From contig CP145422.1 in assembly GCA_036867785.1 (NCBI GenBank), forward strand, positions 434,001 to 498,000: DNA of 64,000 nt. Direction: 5' to 3'. The notes under the pieces were generated by a model that was not told the DNA's origin, made no database searches, and saw nothing but the letters and a program-made list of their open reading frames with translations. The stretch comes from Plasmodiophora brassicae (Eukaryota). Both the position numbers and the translations under genes were made by a program. Positions within the stretch are counted from its first letter, which is position 1; each line of letters starts with the position of its first letter. This document shows positions 43,837 through 57,215 of this stretch, in pieces.

Positions 43837-46800
43837 ATGCCGGCGACCGTCGTGACGACGTGGCTGCTGCTGGATGTCCTGCCGGTCGTTGTCGGCGTCG
43901 CCGTGGTCGGCGTCGTGATGCTGATTTGGCGGGGGTTCTGCTGGGCGCGGCGGCTTGGCCGGAGGTCGACGAAGCCGGCTGCGAGCGATCTCGTTGACGA
44001 TTTGGCTCCCGTGGCGTACGACAGCTTGCAGCGGGACTTGAGCGAAGGGATTCAGGCGATCGAGGACGTCCAGGTGCAGGTGCAGAACTTGTACTCTGGA
44101 GTTCAGGGCGCGCAGGCGCTGCACAGTGAGGTGGAGACCTGCTTCAGTGCTGCACTCGATGCTGCGTCGATCGAGGACACGGTGGCGCCCGAAGTTACAG
44201 TCGCCGAACTTGAACAAATGTTGCAGGAAGAAACCCGGAAGCGGTGGAGCGTAATCGTCATAAAGGACATGGTAAAGGACGGCGTCGTCGCTTAGGAATG
44301 ATCACGTTCCCCTAACTTGTGAACAGGAAATTAAGGCGGTCGAAGAAAAGTTTGCCGCTCTTTCGGCGACACTCGATGCAATTCATGTTGAAGAGTCAAA
44401 GAAGGACAGAGAAGCGTTTGATGTCGTCATCAGGGAGAAGGACGATGAAATTGCCCTCTTGAAGATGGCGGTAACTGGCGAGAAACAGAAACTCGCCGAA
44501 GCTCTTCTACAGGTTGAATCGCAGGCGATACAACTTGATTCTTTGCACGCCGAAAATGAGCTGGAGACCCGCACCATGAAGGAAAAGCTGGGACAGGCCG
44601 AACGTGAGATCCAGGATAAGGCATCGGCTCTTGATGAGATGGCGTCCCGGTCTGCCTCCGATGTTGCGGCATTGAAACAGGCGCTCAGTGGCAAGGTTGA
44701 TGACGAATTAGCGCAAATGGAGCATCAGACTGAGCTGGATTCGCTGAAAGCGGAACATGATGCCCAGATAAGCGCGTTGACTACTCAGCTGGCCGATTCG
44801 GAGGCACTGGTAGCGTCACTCGAAGCATTGCTGACGACTGTCAAGGCGTCACATGAGTCGGAGATCTCAACGTTGCTGGATCGATTCGCTGGCGAGGAAC
44901 GGAGCCGCCTGGCTGAAGTCGACAGTGCCCTTGCCGCGTTGAGAGATGAGCACGATGAGCAGATCGTGTCACTTCAGACTCAATTATTGACGGCTTTGAC
45001 GGCGGCGAAGGCGCACGAAGACGAACACGATGCAGCAATGGCTGCGCTTCAAGCCGACCACAACAGTCGCATTGCCGATATTCTGGCAAGGCATGTGGAG
45101 GAGTGCGACGATATGCAGATTGCGCATGACAAGGAACGCGCTACGATGACATCGAACTTCGAGGAAGAACTGGCGACTGAAAAGCGAGCAATTTTCGACC
45201 TGCAGGCTGAGTTCGACAACACGCTGCAGGAACGTACGCACGAAATGAACGCAAGACTCGACAGCGCTCACCGGGCACACGCACAGGAACTCGAAGCGCT
45301 ACGACGCGCGCTGTCTGCGGCATCCTCCGAGGGAAACCCGAAACTTAATGCGATTGTGAACGAACAGGCGAAACAGCTGGCCGAGAAAGAAATCGAACTG
45401 AGCGAGGCACGGGAGCAACTTGTTGACCTCACCGAGAGGCTCCAGCAATCCTTGACAGAGTCTGAGAGTACGATCTGCGGTCTTCGCCGCGAGCTGTCCG
45501 TCAAAAACGAAGAGCAGGAGTCGATGCTACGCGATGCACTGGAGCGATTTCAAGCTGAAGCCGACGTGATCATCGACTCCAAGGACGCTGAAGTGCAGGC
45601 GCTGCGAGCGGACGTTAAACAACTGCAGGCACAGATTGACGTGTTCGAGCGCGATCTATCTGCATTGCAAGATGACCTTGTCGACAAGGATGAGTGTCTG
45701 GCTCAGAAAGACGCCGCGCTGTGCGAGGCACTTCTGTCTGCTGAGACTAAGGAGGGTGAGCAGTTGGCGCTGGCGGATACACAGATGAAGACCCTTCGTG
45801 AGGCGTTGGCTTCTGCTGAGGCCCGAATTAAGGAGCTCAAACATCAACTTGGGGAGGCGTCGCAAGGCGAACCTGACGATGATCATGTCCGGCTGCGGGT
45901 CGAAAGCGCTGTTGCAGAGTGCTGTGCCGAATTCCTAAACAAAGCACGGGAATGGGACAAGGCACTTCAAGATGCTGTACATGCGTGTCGTGATCAAGTA
46001 GATTCCGAATGGAAAGCGCGCGTCAAGGAACTGGGGAACGAACATGAAAAGCAGCTTCAAGAAGTCGAGCGAAGATCGAAACAGCTCGAATCCGATTTGG
46101 AGCGTGTTTCAAACGCCAAGGTAATCGGTGGAGAGCTTGCTTACCTGGCTTGCTTTTGACTATGATGCATAGAAGGATGAACTTGAAAAGCAAGAGGCGG
46201 CATTCGAAAGCACGTTACATGAAGCATTAACGGCGGTGCGACTTTCCAAAGATTCTGAGCTTGATGAAGTGCGGCTGGAATGGCAAGAGAAGTTACTTAC
46301 GGCCCAAAAGCAGTTCGATGAGGAGGTCTGGATAGCTGTATACCGATCGCTTACTCTTTGCTTACACACCGCAGCGCCAAAACTTCGACGAACGCCTTCA
46401 AGCGGAACTTGCTGCACAAAACGACGTCGCTTGTCAGCGGCTGAAGTTTTATGAGGCGACAACCGAGAAGCTGCAGACTGAATTACAAGCCGCCCGAAGC
46501 CAGATCAGCGATCTTTCCGCACAGGTTGGTCTGTTGTTATCTTGTCGTCATCGTGCTTGTTTAACGTGACGATTTTCATCCCAGATCAGCGTTGCGCAGT
46601 TCAAGGCTGATGGCGCAGGCGTGCTACTTGACCGTCTTCACACGTCGAAGGTAACTCTTGCTCGCACTCAGGAACATATCGCCAGCCTTAAAATCTCTGT
46701 CAAAGAGAAGACCGAGGTGAAAACATATGTCCAACGATTGCCTGAGAGTTAATTTTGAGAGCAGGCGCTCGGTGCGGCAAACGACACCATTGAGAAGCTA

Positions 46801-48918
46801 CGTGCTGAAGTTGACCGAATGAAGTCACGCCTGTCCTCTGCCGAAGAGTTCAAGGGTACTCTGCAGTCTGAACTGTCGGAGGTTAGCAATCAGTTGCAGA
46901 AGAAGTCATCGCTGTTGCAGACGGCGCTTGACGAGTGTAACCAGCTTCGCGTATCAGGTACTACAAAACGACACTGTTCGTAATGTTTGCTAACCGGTCC
47001 GTCTTAGTTGATACGTTGCCAGACATCGAAGCTCGCATCCAGGTCCCTCCTTGTTTATGTTATTAGTACTGCTGTAGTTCTCATTCGTCGTCAGGAGGGT
47101 ATCGAAAAGGAAAGGAAAGCCATTACTGACGAATGGGAAGCGAAGTTGAGTTCTACTGTCGAACGCATGGAGAAATCGATCCATGATATGCTTGCTTTCG
47201 AACGCACTGAGGCGGAAGGGCGTTTGCTGCGGGCGGTCCAGGCGATGCAAGTGGCCACCGAGCGGGAGGTTAGTGACAGTTTGTGGGCCAGTCTATTATT
47301 TTGTAACCTTTCCCTGTCAGGGCCAGATTGCCTTGCAAGAAGCTGTTGAGCGAGAGCGCAGCATTGCTCTGGAGCGACTCAAGGCTGTGCTTCACGATTC
47401 ACAGGCCGAAAACGAACGTCGTCTTGAAGAAGTCAATAACGAATGGAAGCAGCAGTTACAGTTGCAACAGTCTATTATTGGCAAACTCAAATCTCAGCTT
47501 GAAGTACGTGTTACCAGCCGCGTACAGAGTACCCTTTGCTGACCACGGTCAACAGGAGCGCTCAACAGAGAACTCCAACCTCTCACGGGAAGGTCCAGAA
47601 AGATCCGCTTCCATAAGGACGGCCAAGACGGCACCTGTTCGCAGCAAGGAGAACTTGGAGGGGAATGCGTTGAATAACTCGCTACGCAAGGAGGGAACTG
47701 CGCTGAATAATTCGCTTCGCAAGGCCTCTGCCCGTCCGACTGATACCGAATCGTTGAAGAGCGGGAGTTCGCGCGGAAGGCGCCAAAAGTCCAGGCGTCA
47801 AAGTGATGGCGGCTCATACTGGAAGGCGTCTGATTTCGACCTTCGTCAAGAGCTGGGACGCGGCCGCCTGGGCTCAACATTCCTTGCTGGTAATGGCGTG
47901 TACTGCCTGTTGTTGAGTTCCCCTCGTAACCCACGAATTTCAGTTGAAAACAAGACGCGCAAAGAGTACGCCGTTAAGAAGATTTCGAAACGGCTAATGG
48001 AACGGCTAGAAGCTTCCGACACAGTCTTGAAGCAGATAGAAACAATGGCTCGTCTCCGGCATCCGTACATGCAGGCGCTGCTAGGGTCATTCGAAGACGA
48101 CCGCTGGGTGTACATTGTTAGAGAATACGTTCCGAATGCCGTGCCGCTGTCGACTCACCAACAACGCCTCCTTGCAAACAAGATTGTCTTTCCTCCTACC
48201 GTATGTTCCCGCATGAATCAGGCTGGGCGTTTAGAGTTCTCACCATATGTACGCGATTCAGGATGTTGCTCAGCTGGTTGACTTCATCGCGCAGGCGCTC
48301 GAATACGTTCATCAGCAAGGCGAGATCCACCGTCAAGTCTCGCTTTCTAAGATAATTCTCTCTGCAAGCGGCCGGCCACGCCTAGCAGGGCCTTCGCCTG
48401 TTATCGCAATGCCTGTTCCGCCTCCCGAATGCGTTCGCGACGGGGAACAAGTCGAGTTGACAGCAGCGGTTGACTCCTGGGGTCTCGGTATCGTCGCCTA
48501 CACTCTTCTGGTTGGCAAGCCGCCATTCATGGCCTCTGAAGATACCGCTGATCCGGACATGGTATGCCTCTCAGGACAACTACCTCGTTCCTTTGCTTAT
48601 ACGTTATGCAGATCATCGAGCAGGAGCCGACCTTTAGCTCAAACTGCAACCCGGATGCCAAAGACCTTATCCAAAAGGTTGAAATCGCTATGCTGTGTTA
48701 CCTCGTGTCGACTTACTGACCTTCCCCTAGCTACTCCATAAGGACGCATCCCTCCGCATTTCCATGGAAGGTGTCCTGCACCATCCATTCGTCACCAGCA
48801 CTAGGCCGCCAGGTACCTCTCGCCCTGTACCGGGGTTTCCTTGGCCTGACGTCGCTGTCCCACAGAACCAGAGGGCTCTACTTCCAATGGCGCGCCATCC
48901 GCTAGCGCATCGGCCTAA
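43837..48918 (+). CDS. Protein with N-terminal TM helix, long coiled coil and C-terminal Aurora/CAMK-like pseudokinase (multi-exon)
   Basis: TM helix VLPVVVGVAVVGVVMLIW and roughly 1000 aa of coiled coil. Kinase motifs ELGRGRLG, YAVKKI, LRHP, DSWGLG, GKPPF and VLHHPF. HRQ replaces HRD and there is no DFG. Confidence 0.7.
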
Positions 48919-49102
48919 CTGCCCATGTTTGTCTACTACACAGTGTCTTGTTGCTTTCTGGTCCCCGAATGTACATATTCCACTGGTCGCTCTTGTATGT
49001 GGAGCGAACCCCTTTGTAGCCGCGCCCGCCAGTCGTTCGGCTTGTAACTCCGTGAAGCCGCAGTTCGTCGTCGCGACCCGTCACTGGTCCAGGGATCGCG
49101 TC

Positions 49103-52100
49103 ATGTCCGACAGCGAGGAAGAGGTATTGCCGGCTCAGCGTGCTGGTCGCCCGCCCGCCTGCTCACGTTTGAATGGTGGTTGCGAAGGTGAGCAGCTCGC
49201 CCGGTGAGGAGGAAGAGGTCGAGGAATCGTTCACCGGGTCGTCCGACGACGAAGATGCGCGTGTATCGTCGTCTAGGAAACGCCCGATGGCGTCGAAACG
49301 ACCGATGGCATCCAAACGCCCCCGGGTAGCCGCTTCGAAGCAGCCCGCGGTAGCTTCGAAACGGCCAGCAGCATCCAAACGTCCAGCCATGGCATCAAAG
49401 CGTCCGGCCAGTAAGAAAATGCCCAGCAAACGGCCGATGGTCGAGAACATGTCTAGCTCTGGCGAGGAAGAAGAGGAGGAAGAAGACGTGGTTCGTCGTC
49501 GTTTCGATTGTCGTTGCAGCCTCCGTACGTTAATCGTATCACGGTGCAGGAACCTTCTGAGGAGGAAGAGGAGGACGAAGAAGACGAGGAGGAGGTATCG
49601 TCAGAGGAGGAGCCAGCGTCTTCCAAGCGCCGCAAGAAGGCCTCCTCAAGCTCTAGGCAATTGCTTTCGTTGCACGGGACAGTTCCTTGTTCTGATTGAC
49701 GGTGCGCAGGTTCATCGATGACGCTGCCGATGTGGACTTGGACGCCGACGAAGACGACGAGGACTTTATCGAGGAATCTGGCGTCAAGGATCTGGAGCGA
49801 GAAATGGCCGAGCGACAATCCGCTGCTCGGGTAGGAAACAGTTGTCCAATGCTGGAATGTGTCCTCATTGTGTTGCAGGAGCGCGAACGTAGGTCTGCGG
49901 TGATAGCGGATCCCGAAGCTGAAGCAGCAGAGATGCGGCGACTTGCCCAGGAGGTGTCGCGTCGGTATGGCCGCACAGAAGACGAGGACGATGACATGGA
50001 TGAAGAAGAGGAAGAAGACGAGGACGTTGAGCATCCCTCTCAATCGACGACCCAAAGGCAACGCCGAAGAGGCAAACAGGCCCGGCCGGTCAACCCGCTT
50101 CCCACGATCCACGATCCTAAACTCTGGCTTGTACGCTGCAAACCTGGTCTGGAGCAGCAGATCATTTGCGATATCATGAATCGGTGCTACGCGCGAATGT
50201 CTCTGCAGCAAGACCCGGTTTTCATCAAGACTGCGTTCATTACGAACGTTGGCTCCGGCTACCTTTACGTTGAAGCTGAGAAGGAGATCCATGTTCGGAA
50301 GGCGCTCGCGAACATTCGCGTCAACACTCAAAAGATCAAGCTGGTGCCTATCAAGGAAATGGTCCAAGCCATTACCGTTCAGAAGAAGCGTATCTCGTTG
50401 AAGCGCGGCGACTGGGTTCGCCTTAAGCGTGGCGTCTACAAGGGAGATTTGGCCCAGGTCGTTGCCACCGGTGACCAAGGAACTCAGGTCACGGTCAAAG
50501 TGATCCCTCGCATCGACTACTCAAAGTTGTCCGGAGATGACAAGCAAGGTATTTGCTCATTCTACGCTTTCCACATGTTTGTATTCCGCTCAAGTTCCTG
50601 CTGCAACAGCCCAGTTCTCTGTGAAATCGCGTCCACCTGCACGTCTGGTCAACCCTGCCGAGTTGCGTGATCTGGGAGAGTACCTGGAGAGGAGACAAGA
50701 ACCGTTTACCCGTGCAAATTGCCTCTTCTTCGGGAACAACTACTACAAGTATGGGTTCCTCTACAAAACTATGAAGACAAGCGGCGTTATCATTGAGGGC
50801 GTCGCTCCGTCCTTGTCCGAAGTCGAGAGGTTCCAATCTCGTGTCGCTGAGAGTGACGAGGACCTGGACGACGTCGAAGCCGACCTTCTCGAAGCTGCCA
50901 AGGTTTGCTCTGCATGCCGTCCATCACCTCTTATTGCTTACTCTGCTCACAGGCCGATCTCGGCGTGACGACGCATGTCGAACATGGCCCGAAGTTCACA
51001 AAAGGAAATAACGTCAAGGTCATCCAGGGCGATCTCAAGCATCTTACTGGTGTGGTTCTGTCTGTCGTCGACGATAACGTTGTCGTGCTGCCGGCGCACG
51101 AAGTATATTTGCATGTTCCGTCTGCTACGCGTTTGTTCCTGAAACCGTTTCCAGGATCTGCACGAACCGATTACGTTCCCTCAGAAGGACCTGAGGAAAT
51201 ATTTCAAACTGGGTGACCACGTCAAGGTAATTGGCGGGCATTGCATGTCTCGATGTCGGTCCAGTAAATTGTCGACGCTGTAGGTTGTTCGCGGAGAGTT
51301 CAAAGACGAGACCGGTCTTATTGTTCGCGTGGAGGATGACGAGGACATAGTTGTACGTGTCTGTACCGCGCGCTGCTGTCGTGGGCCTAACGATTCCTCC
51401 CCATGCGCAGGTCGTATTCTCCGATATCAGTTCCCGCGAGATGCGCGTGTTCGCCACCGATCTGATTGAGTCATCGGAGGTAATCGAAAGGTCCCTGGTG
51501 CATCGTCCCCTACTCAGGTTTGCCCGTCGTTAGGTTTCCGCAGGGCATGACTCCTTGGGCAACTACGAACTTCACGACCTGGTGGCCGTTCGGGATTCTG
51601 TGGGCGTTATTGTTAAGGTCGAGATTGGCTCGTTCCAGATCCTCGACACGAAGGTACGGGCTCTCACGTTCGAACCATTCTGCCTTATCATTGTCTTATT
51701 TGCCTGATTCAGGGTGTCGTCTCCACCGTCCGCCTTCAGGATGTCGGCCGCCGCCGCAACAACCGTGTGTCGGTTGCCCTCGACATCAACAACCGCCAGA
51801 TTGCTGCTGGGGACGCCGTCAAAGTGGTTACAGGTGGTGGGCAATACGGTGGGGTGTCTGGCACGGTCCTGCACATCTTCCGCTCCTCCGTGTTCATACG
51901 TTCGAGAGAAATCCCTGACCATGGTGGCGTCTTCGTTGTTCGGGCCCGCTCCGTTAGCCTGGTTGGCGAACACCACCTGCAAGCCGACGGTGACCGAACT
52001 CGCGTTTCTTCGACCGCGCCTGCTGCTGCTGCTGCCGCTGGTGCGCGTCCTGGAATGCCCAGCGGTCTTCCTGCCTTTTCTCGTGGCCGCCGTGGTCACT

Positions 52101-53146
52101 CGCATCCTCTTGTAAGCGAGACTGTCGTCATCAAGGGCGGCCAGTACAAAGGCCTCCTCGGCATCGTCAAGGACGCCACCGACACGTCCGTCCGTGTCGA
52201 ACTTCATTCCCAGAGCAAGGTCGTCAGCGTCCCCATCTCCAGCGTCTCCATCCGAAGCGCGTCGGGCGTCAGCGCGTCCACCAGCGCCAGCGGCTACATT
52301 CCGTCGTACGCCGGGTCGCAGACGCCCATGATTGGCGGGCAAACACCAATGTGGTCCGGCGCTGGATCCCAGACACCCATGCACGGCTCCATGACGCCCA
52401 TGCACCATCCGCAAACGCCCTCCCATGAATCCGCCTGGAGCGCGAACGCGCCGATGACGCCTTTGCATTCCGGGATGACGCCTAACACGTCTGTCACGAC
52501 GCCGTCCATGTCGGGCGCGGAACCTGAGACCCCGTCCTGGCGGAACCCTCATACGCCTGCCATCCCCGGCAGCGTCACCTATGGGACACCGTACGACACG
52601 CCAGCGACGCCGTCGGATCCACAAACGCCTCACACGCCGTCGACGCCCTATGGTGGAGCGGCCGTCGTCTACACGCCAGAACCGCATACGCCTTACACGC
52701 CAGTGTCGGCCGGGTACCAGATGCCGAACACGCCGAACCCGTCGACGCCGACCCCGTTCACGCCCACGTCCCCGATGACCTACTCGGCAACGTCGTCGTA
52801 CGCTGCGCCCGTCATGGATTGGGTGCAACCCGGGATGGACGTCGTCTGGCAAGGCCGGGATGGCGTTTCTGGTCGGGTGATCGAGGTCACCCCCGGCGGT
52901 GTCGTTACGTTGGCCGCGAACGGATCGTCGATCCCGAACGTCCCCGCCATGGAACTGAAGCCTGTCACGCCCGCCAAGAACGACACGCTGATGATCATTG
53001 CCGGCGAGAGCAAAGGGCAGGTCGGCACGCTGCTCGGTGTCGACGGCACCGACGGTATCGTGAAGATGGGGTCCCACGACATCAACATCATTGAGATGTC
53101 GTCGCTGTGCCGGTACGTGGATCCCAACGCGGGCGCAGATAATTGA
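49103..53146 (+). CDS. SPT5: Transcription elongation factor SPT5 (multi-exon)
   Basis: Acidic N-terminus, LPTIHDPKLWLVRCKPG, GYLYVEA, WVRLKRGVYKGDLAQV, KOW motifs (GQYKGLLGIVKDAT) and a TP-rich C-terminal repeat. Confidence 0.95.
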
Positions 53147-53231
53147 TTTATAAAACATGGTGGTATCGTATCCGAACAGGCCTATCGTTCGATCACGCGC
53201 GCTTGTATTGACGACCAAGCAGGAACCGTCC

Positions 53232-54343
53232 TCATGACGTCCTTTCGTCCCCGGACCGGGGTCCCCTTTCGTCCTCGGACGGGAACCATCGGTGGATGAC
53301 GCTCGTGTTGAACGAGTTGCAGGCAGCGCACTTGTGGTAGTAGAAGTGGAAGTCGGATTCGGACTGCTGCAGGCAGTCGTTGCAGAGCAGCTTGGCGCGC
53401 ATGCCCCTGTACTCCTCCGGGATCTCCATCTGCCGCACGTACGAGTCGAACATCTCAAAGTGCTCGGTGGTGTCGATGATGGATTTCAGGCAGACCGGGC
53501 AGGTGTAATTCGTGGCGATGTACCGGTTGAAACAGTCGGAGTGCATGGCGTGCCCGCACGTCATGAAGATCACCGGGGCGATCGACGTGAACATGAACTC
53601 GTGGCAGATCGGGCAGTTCGACTCCAGCGACCGCTCGATGCACTTGTGCGTGTCAAACACGCGAATGCTGATGCAGGCGTTGCAGGCGTGGCAGTGCTGG
53701 TAATCCTCGCCCAGGCCCTTCCCTCGCCTGCACAGCCCGCAGAACTCGCAGTGGTAGATGTCCTTGCTGGGATCGTCATCGAAGAACTTGCAGACTGAGC
53801 AGTAGTGACGCGCCAGTCGCTTCCCGTGCGAGGCGCAATCGACATTGGTGCACTCCGGCCCAACCGGCATCGCCGTCAGGCAGTGCATGCAGACCATCGT
53901 GGCGATCGCGTGCCGGTCGATGGCATGATCCGGCACGGCCGCGTCGTGACACAGCCGACACGGGAACACACGGTTGCAGCACGGCGCGACAACCATTGCC
54001 TGCCTGGAATAATGCTCGCATCCCATGATGCCGTTCTCAGGATCCTGTCGGGCACGGTCAGTCGCGCGACACCAACCGAAACGTGGGGCCGTACGTGATA
54101 GGAGCATTCAGTAGGGATTTGGAGCTGTTGCGAACACGTCAGCGACTGCTCGTCGTTACCATTGCCGCGCCCGCTTAGGAGGTCCTGGACACGACGGTTC
54201 TTCTCCTGCGGCGACAGACCGCTGATGGCCAGGACCTCGCGGATCTGCCGACGTATCCGGGCCTGCGCCTCCGCGTCCGGCGCGCACTCGTCGGCGTCGG
54301 CCGGTTCCCCAATAGCGGCCGTGACGACCGCCGTCGACGTCAT
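53232..54343 (-). CDS. RCHY1: CHY zinc-finger / RING E3 ligase, Pirh2-like (one intron)
   Basis: GCEHY...CCNRVFPCRLCHD, CPICHEFMF..CGHAMH..C..CPVC, and FHFYYHKC..CNSFNT. Confidence 0.9.
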
Positions 54344-54704
54344 GGTCGTGGCCGCCAGATAGAATAGAGCGTTGTGGCGACCGAGAGTGCAGCGCGCGCC
54401 GACTGCCCCGCACCGGGGTCTACAAAGAGTGCGCGCACGCAGTTCCGAACGGGGGGGCGGCCGGGCGGGCCACAGTCCCCTGATGATGATGACTGGCGAC
54501 CCGCCCGACCCGCAGCTGCCGTCGATCGTTCCCGGGCAGAAAAATATGTTCCCGGAATACTCCCTGTGACTGGGCCGGCAGCGTCGGGGCTGCGTGTTTC
54601 AGATTCTAGCCGGGCATCATTTTTCGCTGTGGCCAGCCCGTCCACCGGTGAGCTGCAAACGGAGGGGCGGCGTCATTTGCAAAGTGGTGCGCTTTGGGGA
54701 GGGG

Positions 54705-55202
54705 ATGGAGCAGGCGGCCGTTGGTGAGGGCGGGCAGCCGGAGATCGACCTCCGCATGTGGATGAGCGGCCACGACGAGGACGATGGCGACGACGGGTTC
54801 TTCAGCACCATTGCGCAGACGTTCGGCATCCCGAATCCGGCGAGGGACGCCGCGTCGATGACCCCTCCTGCAATGCCCGCCGCCAAGAAGGTAAAACGGT
54901 AGCATGGTTGGTCGCGTTTCATGACCTGACTGTCGGCGGGTCAGATGAGGCGCGAGGACCCGCCGCAGCCTGCTGGTGACAGCGTGCCTGGCGGCGTCGA
55001 CCCTGTCGCTCAACGTTCACAAGACGACCTGGTTGAAGTTTGTGATCGCAGCCAAGAGATTGAAGCCGTCGTTGACCACAGCAAGGACGCGGCAAACAAA
55101 TTCGCCCAGATGGCCGAGGAGTGCCGACGTGTCAATGATGAGGTCGAGCAGAGACTTATCGACGCCGTTCGTCGTATGTACCCGGTGGTTACCTGCATCT
55201 AG
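54705..55202 (+). CDS. Hypothetical protein with a short coiled coil
   Basis: Two ORF segments joined by a plausible GT-AG intron at about 54891-54944. No homology recognised. Confidence 0.45.
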
Positions 55203-55635
55203 AGAACCTTCCGTGAATACGTGATGCAGGCATCCGAGGGCAGATCGCCTCCCTTGATCAGATGATTGTCGATCTCCTGCCCGGTCTGATCCGACATCTT
55301 CGCCGGCAGACCCACGAAGGTATCGCGAAGGGGAACGAGAAGGTTCGAATGGGCGCCGCTCTACGAAAGGTTCTACTCGATACGTTCCGCACTGGCCAGA
55401 CGTTCCAACAGTCACTATCAACAACGTCGTCCTGAGTAAACCGTCTTCGTTCTTACAGCACGATGCTGAATGTCATGCTAGTAGGGCTAGTAGAGTGTGG
55501 CTTAAGGTTTCCAGTGGCGGAGACGATCTTCGGCATGGCAGTGCTGTGACGCGCAGGGCGATGACGCCAGGCGACAGAGCTCAACATTAAGCGGTGGGCG
55601 GCCTTGGACAGGATCCCACCGGCTCACCATAGCGT

Positions 55636-56413
55636 ATGGCGACGCGGACGCATATCGCTGTGCCAGTCAGTAGACCGGCGCCCTGCCTCCGTATCAAAGT
55701 TCTAACGATGGGCGACGGCGCCGTTGGCAAGAGTTGCCTCATCAAACGGTACTGCGAGAAGAAGGTCTTCCCTGAGCATATGCACACTGCGGTGGCTCCT
55801 TTCGTATGACCATGCCCGCCGTCGTAGTTCGTCAGCCGATACATTACGACGATTGGCGTCGACTACGGCGTCAAGGTTGTCAAGTTTCGCGGGAAAGAGA
55901 TCAGTATCAACTTCTGGGACCTCGCGGGCCACCCTGAATTCTTCGATATTCGAAACGAATTCTACAAGGACACTCAGGCGGTACGTTCAGGGAGGCTACC
56001 GTCAGCACGGCCTGACTGTCGTCCAGGCGTTGCTCGTGTTCGATGTCGGCTCTCGTGCGTCGTTCGGGAAGCTGGACGCCTGGCTACACGAGTCGGTGCA
56101 GTTCGGGGGCAAGATCAGGTCCATCGTCGTGTGCGGCAACAAGGTAGACCTGCCCGGGCGGGCCGTACCACGAGACGAGGCGGAATCATGGGCGGCCAGT
56201 CGGGGTTACAAGTACGTCATCGACACGTGCCAGGGCGGCATAACCAGAGCTCATGGTTCATTGGGATGGCATAGATATTTCGAGACCTCGGCGAAATCAG
56301 GAGACAATGTCGACGCCGTATTCGAGTGCCTGTTCGGGAACGCTGTACCCAGAGACGATCAGTCACCGGGCACGGCCACAGGCGCGTCCGACGCCACGAA
56401 CCGTGCAGGGTGA
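55636..56413 (+). CDS. RJL-family Rab-like small GTPase without a J domain (multi-exon)
   Basis: GDGAVGKSCLIKRYCEK, TIGVDYG, WDLAGHPEF..IRNEFYKD, GNKVD and ETSAK. His replaces the catalytic Gln, as in RJL/RBJ proteins. Confidence 0.85.
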
Positions 56414-56448
56414 CTGCATTGATAAAAGCGGGAACATCGAGGGCGCAT

Positions 56449-56667
56449 TCAGGACCTGGACGGCTCGGCTGCGCCGGCGAGGAAATCGGGCGTCACGGGC
56501 AGCGCGCCGGCGTCCTCCAGGCGCTTGCGTTGCCGCTCGATGGCTTCCAGCTTCGCGGGCCGGTGCGCGTACCACTGCGCGGCACTGACAATGACGGCGC
56601 CGACGACCACGGGAGACGCGAAGAACACGGCGGCGTGCAGGAACCGCTTGGCCTGCGCCATCGTCAT
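56449..56667 (-). CDS. Possible small single-TM protein
   Basis: 72-aa ORF with a hydrophobic segment (AAVFFASPVVVGAVIVSAA) followed by a charged helix. It begins TTG/CTG-independent at an ATG pair but has no recognised homologue. Confidence 0.35.
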   Translation of the reverse strand: MTMAQAKRFLHAAVFFASPVVVGAVIVSAAQWYAHRPAKLEAIERQRKRLEDAGALPVTPDFLAGAAEPSRS

Positions 56668-57215
56668 CTCCTGCAGTGGTGGTGGTGCCGGTCGCGCTCT
56701 TCGGGGCGGCTACAAAATGATTTGAACGCGTCAGCCGGCACGGACTTGCCCGAGGACGATGAAGGGACCCGGAAAACGCCTGCGTACTGCTGTCACGGCA
56801 ACCCGAAATAGGCCCTCCCCTGGACTGCGTATTAGGTGTATGCACTGCGGCAACGGAATCATGTCGATGCAATTCGCATCAATTATCTCGTCACACACGC
56901 TGGGGCATACCTACTTGCCGGAAATCCTGTCAGAACGAGCGCCTCGATTGTGCGGACTTCGGGTGGACGACCTCACATGATCCAACCGCTTTCGGAGGTG
57001 GTCCATCTGCAGCGGGTCCGCCTCGCGTACATGCGACGCGACCCGAATAACGTCGCTCTGCACGGTCTGGGAACGCTGTCGACGCTGCCGCTGTTTCGCG
57101 CGTGGTTACGCGTCGTCTATTTATTAATCATGACCGTCTTGTTATCGTTGCTACGTCGTCCATAGGGGGATAATCGATAGATCATCGTGTACGGCCGTCG
57201 TCGCGCCGTTGCAGG

